A stretch of DNA of 64,000 nucleotides, taken from a phage. Location of the stretch: NCBI GenBank assembly GCA_025812035.1, contig GCA_025812035.1_4719.1, one strand, 5' to 3'. Every line of letters begins with the position of its first letter. Position 1 is the first letter of the stretch. The notes beneath the pieces are model-generated. The model saw only the letters and a program-made list of their open reading frames with translations. It made no database searches and had not been told where the DNA came from. Shown here piece after piece: positions 17,992 to 26,652 of this stretch. The translations under genes and the position numbers were made by a program.

Positions 17992-18225
17992 TTATTTGCG
18001 TTTCCCTATACTCCTCAACAATGTGACGATAACGAATACCGCTGTCATCAAGAAGAGGAACCATAACCCTACGTTAATTCGGGCGGCGGGTTCATCTACC
18101 ATGAAGAACATCGTTCCACAAAACCCAATAACCATCCAGGTTAAGACCATCCCTGTTAATCCCCGTAGTAGCATATGCCCCATCATGAACTCCTTCTTAC
18201 TTTTTCTGATAAAGCGACGATTCAA
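17992..18225 (-). CDS. small membrane protein
   Basis: 77 codons, two hydrophobic helices. Confidence 0.4.
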   Translation of the reverse strand: MNRRFIRKSKKEFMMGHMLLRGLTGMVLTWMVIGFCGTMFFMVDEPAARINVGLWFLFLMTAVFVIVTLLRSIGKRK

Positions 18226-18359
18226 GTTTTAGAAACATCGCTAACGCGAATGCGATTATTATCGCACGTATCCACATACCTCCTTGACAACTGTTGTACA
18301 ACATAAAGACCAGAGCGATGCCGCCCATATGCAGGCGGCACTTATCGAACAGTGTGGGT

Positions 18360-18587
18360 TTATACATAGGAAATTAATCGTTGAATGATTTTTACTTTGC
18401 CTTTACCTGGGCCTTTCTTGCGACGATTCAACAGACGGATACGGTTTCCAATTACGGAATCGCCATCATAATCAGCACGTAACTGTGGTGGGAGAGCAAG
18501 ATGTTCGCGATTGACACCCGGGTTGTTATAAAAACGATTGAAACTTAAAAGATGGTTAGTTGGAATCATTGTATTGTCCTTATTCAA
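18360..18587 (-). CDS. small basic protein with KKGPGKGK motif
   Basis: 75 codons; ...NRIRLLNRRKKGPGKGKVK...; motif shared with ORFs at 36428-36631 and 36854-37000. Confidence 0.4.
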   Translation of the reverse strand: MNKDNTMIPTNHLLSFNRFYNNPGVNREHLALPPQLRADYDGDSVIGNRIRLLNRRKKGPGKGKVKIIQRLISYV

Positions 18588-18944
18588 TTATTTACCCAGA
18601 TAGAGATATTCAGCGCCCTGAACAACGCCGGTTGTTGGATCAACCAGTACGCGAACCCGTGCGTAGGTCTTGAAAGAGGGATTGAAAACTTCGAAGTCAG
18701 CCACTTTCAATTTCACGCTAGGGTTGATAGGGTTCTTAACACCCGGAAGTTCTTTCGGTAACCCGAAATCGACTCCATCTTCTTCAAGGTCTGCTGGCGT
18801 CATGTTCTCCATGGCCATGTAGACCGCTTTTGCTTTATCGTAAACTTCTGGGCTATCCAGCAACCCAGCCTGTGCTGAACCGACAACACCACCGAACAGA
18901 ATAGCAACAGCAACAAACAATTTCGCTAACGTTTTCATGATCAT
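18588..18944 (-). CDS. secreted hypothetical protein
   Basis: signal-peptide-like N-terminus MIMKTLAKLFVAVAILFGGVVGSAQA. Confidence 0.5.
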   Translation of the reverse strand: MIMKTLAKLFVAVAILFGGVVGSAQAGLLDSPEVYDKAKAVYMAMENMTPADLEEDGVDFGLPKELPGVKNPINPSVKLKVADFEVFNPSFKTYARVRVLVDPTTGVVQGAEYLYLGK

Positions 18945-18973
18945 CTCCTTAAGAGTAAATGGTACAATACTTA

Positions 18974-19396
18974 TTAACGTACGGCAGCAACGCTACCAGC
19001 ACATGCCTGAATATCATCTGTATTTACGATGATGGTTTCGTTAAACGCACGAATACGTGCACGACGTGCTTCTTTAAGGCTAGCAATTGCGTTAGCAGCT
19101 TGATCTGTATTCGCAAGGCTAATAACCGGGATCAAACGCATATCGGGACTGCAGATATTCAATGCTTGGTACACACGTCCGTTAATTCCTACGGTATCAG
19201 ACATCGGATAGTGCGCACGACATTGAAATTGACCCATGACAACAAGCGAACGATCTGAGATACCAATCTGATAACGACCATCTTCACTGTAGGCGTAGCA
19301 GTTTTGACCACGAGCCATCCAGTTAGCTTGTGCTTGTGTGCTAACAAAAGCCAGGGTGGTGACGATAGCAAATACGATATTTTTGAACAGTTTCAT
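18974..19396 (-). CDS. secreted hypothetical protein
   Basis: signal-peptide-like N-terminus MKLFKNIVFAIVTTLAFVSTQAQA. Confidence 0.5.
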   Translation of the reverse strand: MKLFKNIVFAIVTTLAFVSTQAQANWMARGQNCYAYSEDGRYQIGISDRSLVVMGQFQCRAHYPMSDTVGINGRVYQALNICSPDMRLIPVISLANTDQAANAIASLKEARRARIRAFNETIIVNTDDIQACAGSVAAVR

Positions 19397-19453
19397 GATA
19401 GAGATCCTTATTGAAATAAAATCGGTATAAAGCCCCCCATTAGGGGGACCTGA

Positions 19454-19771
19454 TTAGTTTGCACGTAAGAAATGACCCAGAACCGTTACGATTGGGAACA
19501 GTCCTGTGACGGTATTATCACCCGAAAACATCATGTTTGAGCCGTTAACGGTGATGAAGCGGATGTCGGTTGCGGACCCATCAATAGCGACAAAACGCAT
19601 TGAGTTCGGTGGAAGATCCTCAACAACATCCTCGAGGTATTCGCGATTTTCAAAGGCTTCTTTAACACGACGCATGAAACGAATCAAGGTTCCTTCCGCG
19701 TCGGCTTCCAAATGACCTAAGATATCGCGATTGTTGCGAATAGCGAATACAGCCATTTTAAACATACACAT
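19454..19771 (-). CDS. hypothetical protein
   Basis: 105-codon ORF with AAGAGGA upstream. Confidence 0.45.
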   Translation of the reverse strand: MCMFKMAVFAIRNNRDILGHLEADAEGTLIRFMRRVKEAFENREYLEDVVEDLPPNSMRFVAIDGSATDIRFITVNGSNMMFSGDNTVTGLFPIVTVLGHFLRAN

Positions 19772-19835
19772 CTTGACATCCTCTTATATTGGATTGATTG
19801 CTAATAATTCAAGGTGAAGCTAATTACTGCATTGC

Positions 19836-19872
19836 TTCACCTAGGTAATATAGCCGTGAAAATTAATGCATT
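19836..19872. promoter_or_regulatory. 37-nt conserved intergenic element, copy A
   Basis: TTCACCTAGGTAATATAGCCGTGAAAATTAATGCATT; shares an exact 17-mer GTAATATAGCCGTGAAA and flanking TCAC/TGCATT with the element at 49420-49456. Confidence 0.4.
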
Positions 19873-19879
19873 AATCCAT

Positions 19880-20833
19880 TCACGCCTTTGCTATATAGGG
19901 TTGGATCTCATTGATACGTTTAACCACAACCTCAGGGAAAAGTTTGAGTATTTCATCGGGTGGTATTGCACCTTCTGTCCAACGATAGCGTTCAACCTTC
20001 TCGATGCGTGGACTCCCTCCGACGTCAGCGATACGAAAGATACAGGCAATGCCTAAATCAAAACACACGCTGTAAATATCTTCCGTGCCTCCTTTATCAG
20101 CAAGTATTTTCGCAAAATGTTCGTTATCAGGAAGAATGGCTAAATTACGTATACGCCAAACATTATTACCCATTTCTTCAAGGATTGGGTATGTTAAAGT
20201 GTGTCCGTGTCGTGTTAACCATCGATGATTTTCGAGGTAGAAGTCCTTATCCCCTGGCCGGTAACCCAATATCACTCTGGTGTAGAAGAGATTGGGCATG
20301 TCGAGCAGTTCTTGAATCGTTGGACCGGTATACTCCCAGAGACAGATTTGTTTGCGGTCTATATCGTAATCTGTGACGTTACTCACCTCCCAACTTATCG
20401 TAAGTTCGTCAACAACATGCCAACCGAAAGTGTGTTCGCAGCCAAGCAGATTAACAATCGCTGATATCTCATGCTTGTCAAATACCCCCAAATTACATGG
20501 TGGCTGCATCGTACGTAATGGTTCCCACAACACACTGTAATCATAAAGCAAATGGCGACATAAACTTTTTGTTAAGGGTGTATGTTCAGTAAACAGTGGA
20601 AGAATCACCGTATCTAACAGTGGACGTAATGGATGGTTGTCAGGCGGTAGAGGAGAAACCAGACGACCTCCTTCTTTAGGGTAATCAAGACCAAACCCGT
20701 AACGCTCCGAAATGAGTGCGATCAGCACTTTTGCTACGCGATTACGTAGCATGCGATGGATATCATCACTGTAACTGAATTTCGGTTTATTTCCGCAAAC
20801 GAAGGTGAAGTATCTAGGTGATAACTTAACCAT
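19880..20833 (-). CDS. hypothetical protein
   Basis: start revised to ATG at 20833 (AAGGAAAA upstream), which removes a 62-nt overlap; 317 aa, no motif recognised. Confidence 0.45.
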   Translation of the reverse strand: MVKLSPRYFTFVCGNKPKFSYSDDIHRMLRNRVAKVLIALISERYGFGLDYPKEGGRLVSPLPPDNHPLRPLLDTVILPLFTEHTPLTKSLCRHLLYDYSVLWEPLRTMQPPCNLGVFDKHEISAIVNLLGCEHTFGWHVVDELTISWEVSNVTDYDIDRKQICLWEYTGPTIQELLDMPNLFYTRVILGYRPGDKDFYLENHRWLTRHGHTLTYPILEEMGNNVWRIRNLAILPDNEHFAKILADKGGTEDIYSVCFDLGIACIFRIADVGGSPRIEKVERYRWTEGAIPPDEILKLFPEVVVKRINEIQPYIAKA

Positions 20834-20843
20834 AATCTTTTCC

Positions 20844-21290
20844 TTAATCCAAATAGTACGTGATGGATAGGTCTTTTCCATTGAATACAATATCCGTACA
20901 GTCATGGATCGTCGGTAATACCATTTTGGCGGCTACCGGAACATACGCCTGCAACTCCATGAAGTTATCCATACGGAATGCACGACGCACCATCAACGGT
21001 GTTAGTGTAAATGTTACGCTGACGTTACCGCTTGGAGTCAAGTGCATTATCGCATGCCCATGATCGCACCAACAATGGTTTTCGATCCATCCAGTGTAAA
21101 TCAGAATATTTTTATCCTCGTCGTAATAAGCAATGCCAGTCTGCTTTAAACGGCTGGTAAATCGAGAGGCTTGCTCATAGCCTGCACGCAACATTCGAGC
21201 AACCAGGCGAGTGTTGTTAGCGATTCGATTCTGTTCGTTGGTTTTTGTGGTTTTGAAAAGTTCGATACGTTCTGCTTTTGTAATTTGCAT
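20844..21290 (-). CDS. hypothetical protein
   Basis: 148-codon ORF. Confidence 0.45.
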   Translation of the reverse strand: MQITKAERIELFKTTKTNEQNRIANNTRLVARMLRAGYEQASRFTSRLKQTGIAYYDEDKNILIYTGWIENHCWCDHGHAIMHLTPSGNVSVTFTLTPLMVRRAFRMDNFMELQAYVPVAAKMVLPTIHDCTDIVFNGKDLSITYYLD

Positions 21291-21295
21291 GATTA

Positions 21296-21709
21296 CTAAC
21301 CTAATGAATTGCGTTTAAATAATTGGATGTATGGGGTACCAAATAAAGGACTGTATGAATGTATTCGGTTCTCCTCTGATTCGTAATACTCGATAGGCCA
21401 CGATATTGGTTTAGGTAAGCGATCTAACGCTTGCAACACGGCGAGTTTAACGCTATTACTTTCGATCGGATACGGAAGTACCGTTGACGAACAGAACACA
21501 TGTGTTCGATGCAAATAAATGAGATGCTGCTGTAGCTTAGACAAACGCCTACGCTTGATTAAGAAACCAGTTACGTGGCAATCGGAGTGATCGTAGTGAT
21601 AACGTGCGCTATCGAAATAAACCTGTTCTCCTCTAACAATGAGATACTTTATCGCTTGCATGAAAGAGTAACGGCGTAATTCTCCATTAGCCAACATGAC
21701 ACGAATCAT
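21296..21709 (-). CDS. hypothetical protein
   Basis: 137-codon ORF. Confidence 0.4.
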   Translation of the reverse strand: MIRVMLANGELRRYSFMQAIKYLIVRGEQVYFDSARYHYDHSDCHVTGFLIKRRRLSKLQQHLIYLHRTHVFCSSTVLPYPIESNSVKLAVLQALDRLPKPISWPIEYYESEENRIHSYSPLFGTPYIQLFKRNSLG

Positions 21710-22308
21710 TACTTAGGCTCCAGAATCGGTCCGAACAACCAGAAAGTCAGACGCTGGTAGATCTGTTCGATGACTGCGGATTCTGTTTGCTCTTCTAGTG
21801 ATTTCCCTTTTTTATGCTGTATTTCTGGCGGGATGTCGCCAGTGTAAACATACCCTGTTGAGAAGTCCCATGCTAGCCGTTTACCGAAAGTGGGTAAGAA
21901 CACCTCTTCGAATCGGAACGCTTTCGAATTCCAATGAAGCAGCTGATCGGATTCAACATGTAAAGCTTTGTTACGTTTGCTTGGCATGTTTCCGAAGTAC
22001 TGAACGATAGCTGATTTCATAACCCGGTCTGCGAAGTCTTTGGCTTCGGCCTCATCGAGGGGAGGCAGGCGATGCGATAGATTCAGCTTGCGTTGTTCAA
22101 CATCAATCTTACGCATCGCTTTAATCAAATCACTAGGAACGATTTTACCCTTATGTCCTTCCTGTCGGTGTATGAAACACCCCTGGAATAACACGCAAAG
22201 TTCTTGAGGTGCGGTACTTTCCATTCGTCCGTAAGCAACGATCACCGAACGGCGACGGTCGATAACTTCGCGGATAAACCGCGGCTCAGTAATACTCACC
22301 ACTGTCAT
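21709..22308 (-). CDS. hypothetical protein
   Basis: 199-codon ORF. Confidence 0.45.
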   Translation of the reverse strand: MTVVSITEPRFIREVIDRRRSVIVAYGRMESTAPQELCVLFQGCFIHRQEGHKGKIVPSDLIKAMRKIDVEQRKLNLSHRLPPLDEAEAKDFADRVMKSAIVQYFGNMPSKRNKALHVESDQLLHWNSKAFRFEEVFLPTFGKRLAWDFSTGYVYTGDIPPEIQHKKGKSLEEQTESAVIEQIYQRLTFWLFGPILEPK

Positions 22309-22352
22309 TTAAAGCCCTCTTTATCTTTTTCCATTTCTCTTTACATAACCAC

Positions 22353-23039
22353 TTAAGACGTTGCCATCTTATCTTCCAGAGACTTCTTCGGTAAACCATG
22401 GATAACTCCTTTCGGGGTTAAGAACACACAGTCTGGATTCTGCGTTCGCGAACGGTCGTCTGGAGTGTTCAACGAGAACAACAACGCAGAAATACCTTTT
22501 GTCCGGTTTAACGTCGCTACGATCACGTCAAGCTGTCGTAGTGCATCCGATACCGTTCGATGAGGAACGATTCGTGACTGTTTGAAGCTGGCTAACCGCC
22601 AAGTCTCGAACAAACAACGTAGTTTAAACACGTCGGACGGAACAGCAGTAGATCCCTGTTCGATAACCTCAACCCGATCAGCTTCAGGGTAACCTACAGC
22701 AACCGCACTAAAGTGTCTTACCCCGTTATGAAAATCATCGATAGATGCTTCAGCGTATTTACATACCGTGCCAGAAACGACCATCACTTTTGCTAAACCG
22801 CGATAGTTGATCGTCAGCGGAATACGAAATACACGTAAAGCATGTTCCGGATTTAATGAGACGTCGTTAACCTTTGTTGCGGTCAGCTTACCACGCTCGT
22901 AACGTGCGGTGAACGGCAGACCGTCATAAACGGGATTGATCACAACGCCCCCTGGGGAGGCGTTAGCATTGAGATGGGTGTTAAGCCAATCGGATACTTC
23001 CTGTCTACTAGTTACGATTAACATAAAACGATCCTCCAT
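22353..23039 (-). CDS. hypothetical protein
   Basis: start revised to ATG at 23039 (AAAGGA upstream) to avoid overlap with the methyltransferase gene. Confidence 0.45.
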   Translation of the reverse strand: MEDRFMLIVTSRQEVSDWLNTHLNANASPGGVVINPVYDGLPFTARYERGKLTATKVNDVSLNPEHALRVFRIPLTINYRGLAKVMVVSGTVCKYAEASIDDFHNGVRHFSAVAVGYPEADRVEVIEQGSTAVPSDVFKLRCLFETWRLASFKQSRIVPHRTVSDALRQLDVIVATLNRTKGISALLFSLNTPDDRSRTQNPDCVFLTPKGVIHGLPKKSLEDKMATS

Positions 23040-23049
23040 TTCTTTTCCT

Positions 23050-23700
23050 TTATTCATGACGAGTATCTTCCAAATCATCCCTTTGTTTTGTAAATTCTGA
23101 TTGCTTGCGATAAACCGTCCATGAGTCGTATATGCCGTGAAAGTTCAGATGACGTGCGTTTAAGTTAACGGTGAATTCCTCCACGTTAACGAAATCTGAA
23201 CGAAGCATCAGATGAAAGTTATCGTCCCCGGTGCAGCCGCCGTATCCTTCGCCCTGATAGACCAAAAGCTGATGTGGTTGAATACGCGAGGCAACCAACG
23301 CAGCTTGTGGTTCGCAGTAAGGCGGCCACGACAGTAAAATAACATCGTACTGTGAAAGATCGATGTTCGTGTAGTCGACCTGCTGAATGTCCTCGATAAA
23401 CGGGTGGGGATGTAATTCCGTATCGTAAGCGGTAATGTCCTCAACACCAAGTTTACGCAGGACGTAAGTCAGGTAACCTGTCCCACAACCCAGGTCAGCG
23501 ACACGTCTACCGTAACAGATGTTCGCCAACTGGAGTGCTGTATCCATAGTTAACAACGACCATCCAACGTGCTGGGTATATTCTTCACGTACATCCCACT
23601 GTTGGCGGTACGTCATGGGTTCTATGATATCCGCAAGCCGTGGATACGGCAACGGCATTTTGGTTTCGCCTTGCGTGAGTAATGCAATAACGTCGTTCAT
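23050..23700 (-). CDS. putative SAM-dependent methyltransferase
   Basis: motif I VADLGCGTGYLT and a downstream LLSWPPY (PPY-type motif IV, as in amino-methyltransferases); substrate not determinable. Confidence 0.5.
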   Translation of the reverse strand: MNDVIALLTQGETKMPLPYPRLADIIEPMTYRQQWDVREEYTQHVGWSLLTMDTALQLANICYGRRVADLGCGTGYLTYVLRKLGVEDITAYDTELHPHPFIEDIQQVDYTNIDLSQYDVILLSWPPYCEPQAALVASRIQPHQLLVYQGEGYGGCTGDDNFHLMLRSDFVNVEEFTVNLNARHLNFHGIYDSWTVYRKQSEFTKQRDDLEDTRHE

Positions 23701-23716
23701 TTTATTTCCTTTTTAT

Positions 23717-23744
23717 CGGCATAAGCCCTCCCATAACGGGAGGG
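23717..23744 (-). promoter_or_regulatory. stem-loop (CCCTCCC-loop-GGGAGGG) followed by CTTATGCCG box
   Basis: hairpin 23726-23744 plus box 23717-23725 in minus sense, between the stop of gene 23750-24178 and the start of the methyltransferase gene. Confidence 0.45.
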
Positions 23745-23749
23745 TACGA

Positions 23750-24178
23750 TTATTCATTTTCAATAACTTTAAGATTCGGTGTACCGAGTGTTTTCTTCAC
23801 GAGTGCCTCGGCAACGCGTTTCTCGATGAAATCGGTTGCATTGCTTCCGTCTATCGTACGCATATCACCACGGAAGTTATTGAAGACCATAAACAAGTCG
23901 CAACCATCAATGGGTATCGCAAGGTCGTAGCTGACTTGCGATGCTGTGAAGTGGACACCAACGACAACAGCGGGGACGAATTCAACGGCGGTGTTATCTC
24001 CTTCTTCTCCAGTTCCGAACGGAAGCTCAACACGATCGCCGATAGAAAATTGCGCAACATCACCGATGATACGAGTTAACGCTGCTCGTTGCATGTCGGC
24101 GATGGTTTCCTTATTTGCATCGCATGGTAAATCTAAGACTTCTTCCAGCGTGAGGAATTTACGATCGAACCAACTCAT
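23750..24178 (-). CDS. hypothetical protein
   Basis: 142-codon ORF. Confidence 0.4.
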   Translation of the reverse strand: MSWFDRKFLTLEEVLDLPCDANKETIADMQRAALTRIIGDVAQFSIGDRVELPFGTGEEGDNTAVEFVPAVVVGVHFTASQVSYDLAIPIDGCDLFMVFNNFRGDMRTIDGSNATDFIEKRVAEALVKKTLGTPNLKVIENE

Positions 24179-24179
24179 G

Positions 24180-24719
24180 TTAAGCTCCTTTCTGTTTTGT
24201 TTTGATTGATGATGTTAACCAGGACGATCTTACAGTGAAACCCTCAGACTCATAGAACGCCTGGGCTTCGTCGTTATCAGCACGAACATCCAGACCGATA
24301 GAATGCCCACCGCATCGGTAAGCGATGTTACGTGCTTCATTCATCAAGGCGTGGCCGATACCACGTCCACGGTATTCTGGTTTTACAACAATCGATGTAA
24401 CGTCATGAATGCCCATATGGCTCTCTGTATTCACTTCCAAGAGACCTACTGGTATCGAAGCGACGGCGTCGATCATAACGACCAACTTTGCGGTGTCCGG
24501 TAAACGCTTTTCTAATTCTAAGGCATCGTATTCACGTTTTAAGTCAGGGATATTCTCGAACATAAACGTGGTGGCCCACGCCTCTGATTCTACATCGTCG
24601 AGAATACGATACAGTTCACGAATCTGTTGTTTATGTGGATAAAGGTGTGGGTCAGCGGCCGTTGAGGCGATAACGCAATAGAACGGTCGTTCATTAATAA
24701 CTACTGTTTTGATGCTCAT
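24180..24719 (-). CDS. GNAT family N-acetyltransferase
   Basis: motif A VVKPEYRGRGIGHALMNEA and C-terminal ...AQAFYESEGF; start overlaps the stop of the upstream HTH gene by 4 nt. Confidence 0.65.
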   Translation of the reverse strand: MSIKTVVINERPFYCVIASTAADPHLYPHKQQIRELYRILDDVESEAWATTFMFENIPDLKREYDALELEKRLPDTAKLVVMIDAVASIPVGLLEVNTESHMGIHDVTSIVVKPEYRGRGIGHALMNEARNIAYRCGGHSIGLDVRADNDEAQAFYESEGFTVRSSWLTSSIKTKQKGA

Positions 24720-25222
24720 GCTAAAATTCCCTCATTACCTAACAGTCGATTACAGTGACGTCGGTACATTTGACAAAGTGTTGTGATTTGATAAAGTTTG
24801 TTATAGCGTATCTCGATACGTTTTTGCACCTCTTTCCATGGAAGTTTATCGTATTGTCGGTAACGATGAATTTCATTTAACATACGAAGACGAGTAGGAT
24901 CGGTATTCTTTATTGTCGTGAGCTTCACGCGTTGGTATCCGCGCTGTAGTCCCGATTCCGAATACGTGACACCAAACTCATCCTGAATGATAGTGATGAT
25001 CTCCCGCCATCGGCGCTTCTCACCGTCACGTAAGTGCACAACCCGTGCCAGAATGTCGTTCCGATTACGATGACTCAGTTTAATATTAAGCATCGAAGCG
25101 ATCGCGCTAATTGCTCTCTGACTCCGTCCTAATGCTTCACCGATTTCTTTTGATGTCATGACGCCAGCGTTTCGGCGTATGAATGCGATTTCGGTTGTTG
25201 TGTATTCTTTACCTGCTGCCAT
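24716..25222 (-). CDS. Myb/SANT-like HTH repeat protein (array member 6)
   Basis: repeats with pattern W/Y-x2-[ED]-E-x-x-x-[LI]...IA..L.RS..AI; paralogous to the five upstream genes; alternative start at 25159 possible. Confidence 0.5.
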   Translation of the reverse strand: MAAGKEYTTTEIAFIRRNAGVMTSKEIGEALGRSQRAISAIASMLNIKLSHRNRNDILARVVHLRDGEKRRWREIITIIQDEFGVTYSESGLQRGYQRVKLTTIKNTDPTRLRMLNEIHRYRQYDKLPWKEVQKRIEIRYNKLYQITTLCQMYRRHCNRLLGNEGILA

Positions 25223-25692
25223 TTCTTACCACGTGTGTTATAATAGTAACGCTGACAAAGATGTGTGTGATGATACTCCCGCTTGAACTCAACACTGATG
25301 ATGCGAGCAACTTCTCTCCAGTTAACCCCTTCACGTCGAAGTGCTGTGATGCGGTCTGAAATTTTGCACCATTCGCCAGGATCGTATCGTCGTAGCTTAT
25401 GACGTCGTATCACAGAGGCGACGCTTGCTTTCGAGCGGCCAAGGTGATTCGCCATTTGTTTAACCGAGTATCTGTGGATATTGCTACGGATATAGGAAAG
25501 CTCATCGTCAGTATACGTGGCGTTGGTTCTCGGCGAAGGGAACAACACGTACAACTTATTCTTAATCGCGCTTTCTGTACGTTGAAATACAGTAACCAGA
25601 TCACTAATCGGTGGTCTGGGTATCTGATATGCGTAATTCTCGAGGCGTGTGAGTTCCTCATCTGTCCAGCGACGGTACTTGCGCATGGGCAA
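25156..25692 (-). CDS. Myb/SANT-like HTH repeat protein (array member 5)
   Basis: three repeats (RWTDEELTRLENYAY...; TYTDDELSYIRSNIHRYSVKQMANHLGRSKASVASVI; third repeat ...CQRYYY). Confidence 0.5.
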   Translation of the reverse strand: MPMRKYRRWTDEELTRLENYAYQIPRPPISDLVTVFQRTESAIKNKLYVLFPSPRTNATYTDDELSYIRSNIHRYSVKQMANHLGRSKASVASVIRRHKLRRYDPGEWCKISDRITALRREGVNWREVARIISVEFKREYHHTHLCQRYYYNTRGKKWQQVKNTQQPKSHSYAETLAS

Positions 25693-26161
25693 CTCCTTTG
25701 TTTTTCATGTAGTAGCACCAACGTTGATACAACGCATGTTTATTCGTTGTAATCCCAAATTTAACAACAACGTCGTACGTAATAACATTCCAATTTTGGG
25801 TAACGTTAAGTCGTTCCGCGATAAACGCGATGATCGCTTCCCGTTCTTGCTTGGTTAATGCACGACGAATTCCATTAAGCCGTATAAACTGACGAACTGA
25901 GTCATACGAACGGTTTAAATCGTACGCGATCTCACGCAACGATTTTTGTTTGATTACGGACTTAATATACGCACGTTCTTCTTCCGTATATGGTCGATGC
26001 TTTTGGCGTTGGCGTATTCCCAAACGCCCCAGACACGCGTCGATGCTGGCGTGTGTTCGTCCTGTCCGTTGTGCAATTTCATCAATCGTCAGCGACGTGT
26101 TCAAGTACAGATGTGTAACATCTTTTAACTCATCGTTACGCCACGGCCGAGGTTGTCCCAT
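25658..26161 (-). CDS. Myb/SANT-like HTH repeat protein (array member 4)
   Basis: three repeats (PWRNDELKDVTHLY...; PYTEEERAYIKSVIKQKSLREIAYDLNRSYDSVRQFI; ...YQRWCYY). Confidence 0.5.
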   Translation of the reverse strand: MGQPRPWRNDELKDVTHLYLNTSLTIDEIAQRTGRTHASIDACLGRLGIRQRQKHRPYTEEERAYIKSVIKQKSLREIAYDLNRSYDSVRQFIRLNGIRRALTKQEREAIIAFIAERLNVTQNWNVITYDVVVKFGITTNKHALYQRWCYYMKNKGVAHAQVPSLDR

Positions 26162-26639
26162 CGTGTATCCCTCTTTTCTTTCTATGATGCCACCAACGCT
26201 GATAAACAGCTTGCTTCGTCCGTGTTATGCCAAAATGCGCATTAACCCGTTCAGCAATGTGGTACCAATCCTGCGTTTCTTCTAACAATGCATCAACGAA
26301 GGCTATGAAGATCTTAGTATCATCCTCGCTTAACCGCTTGAAGCCATGGCGGTGTGCTATTGTTCGAATACTGTTTGGATCTCTGTTTAAATCGCGTGCA
26401 AGCTGTTTGTAACTTTTGTGCTTACAGTGTAGCCTGATATGTTCCAATTCATCGACGCTGAAACGTTTATGTGGTTTACGGCGTTCGACGTTTAAGTACC
26501 TCAACCTCGATTCGATTGCACCGTACGTCGTTTCCATGATTTCCGCGATTTCACGGATTTTTAATTTCGGACGACGGTCGTACAATTTCAGCAACTGTTC
26601 GTCGTACTGACGATTCCATCGTCGTATAGGTGGTTTCAC
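26136..26639 (-). CDS. Myb/SANT-like HTH repeat protein (array member 3)
   Basis: three repeats (RWNRQYDEQLLKLY...; FSVDELEHIRLHCKHKSYKQLARDLNRDPNSIRTI; ...YQRWWHH); GTG start. Confidence 0.5.
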   Translation of the reverse strand: MKPPIRRWNRQYDEQLLKLYDRRPKLKIREIAEIMETTYGAIESRLRYLNVERRKPHKRFSVDELEHIRLHCKHKSYKQLARDLNRDPNSIRTIAHRHGFKRLSEDDTKIFIAFVDALLEETQDWYHIAERVNAHFGITRTKQAVYQRWWHHRKKRGIHDGTTSAVA

Positions 26640-26652
26640 AACTAAGATTCTC

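Noticed and set aside
19433-19447. Short CCCCC/GGGGG hairpin as a terminator
   Set aside because: Only a 5-bp stem; it does carry a CTTTATACCG tail similar to the TTTATGCCG box but is too weak to list as a feature.
24180-25222. GNAT toxin / HTH antitoxin pair
   Set aside because: The 4-nt overlap and gene order fit a toxin-antitoxin layout, but the upstream partner is a 168-aa Myb-like protein rather than a typical small RHH or DUF1778 antitoxin; kept only as a possibility within the array finding.
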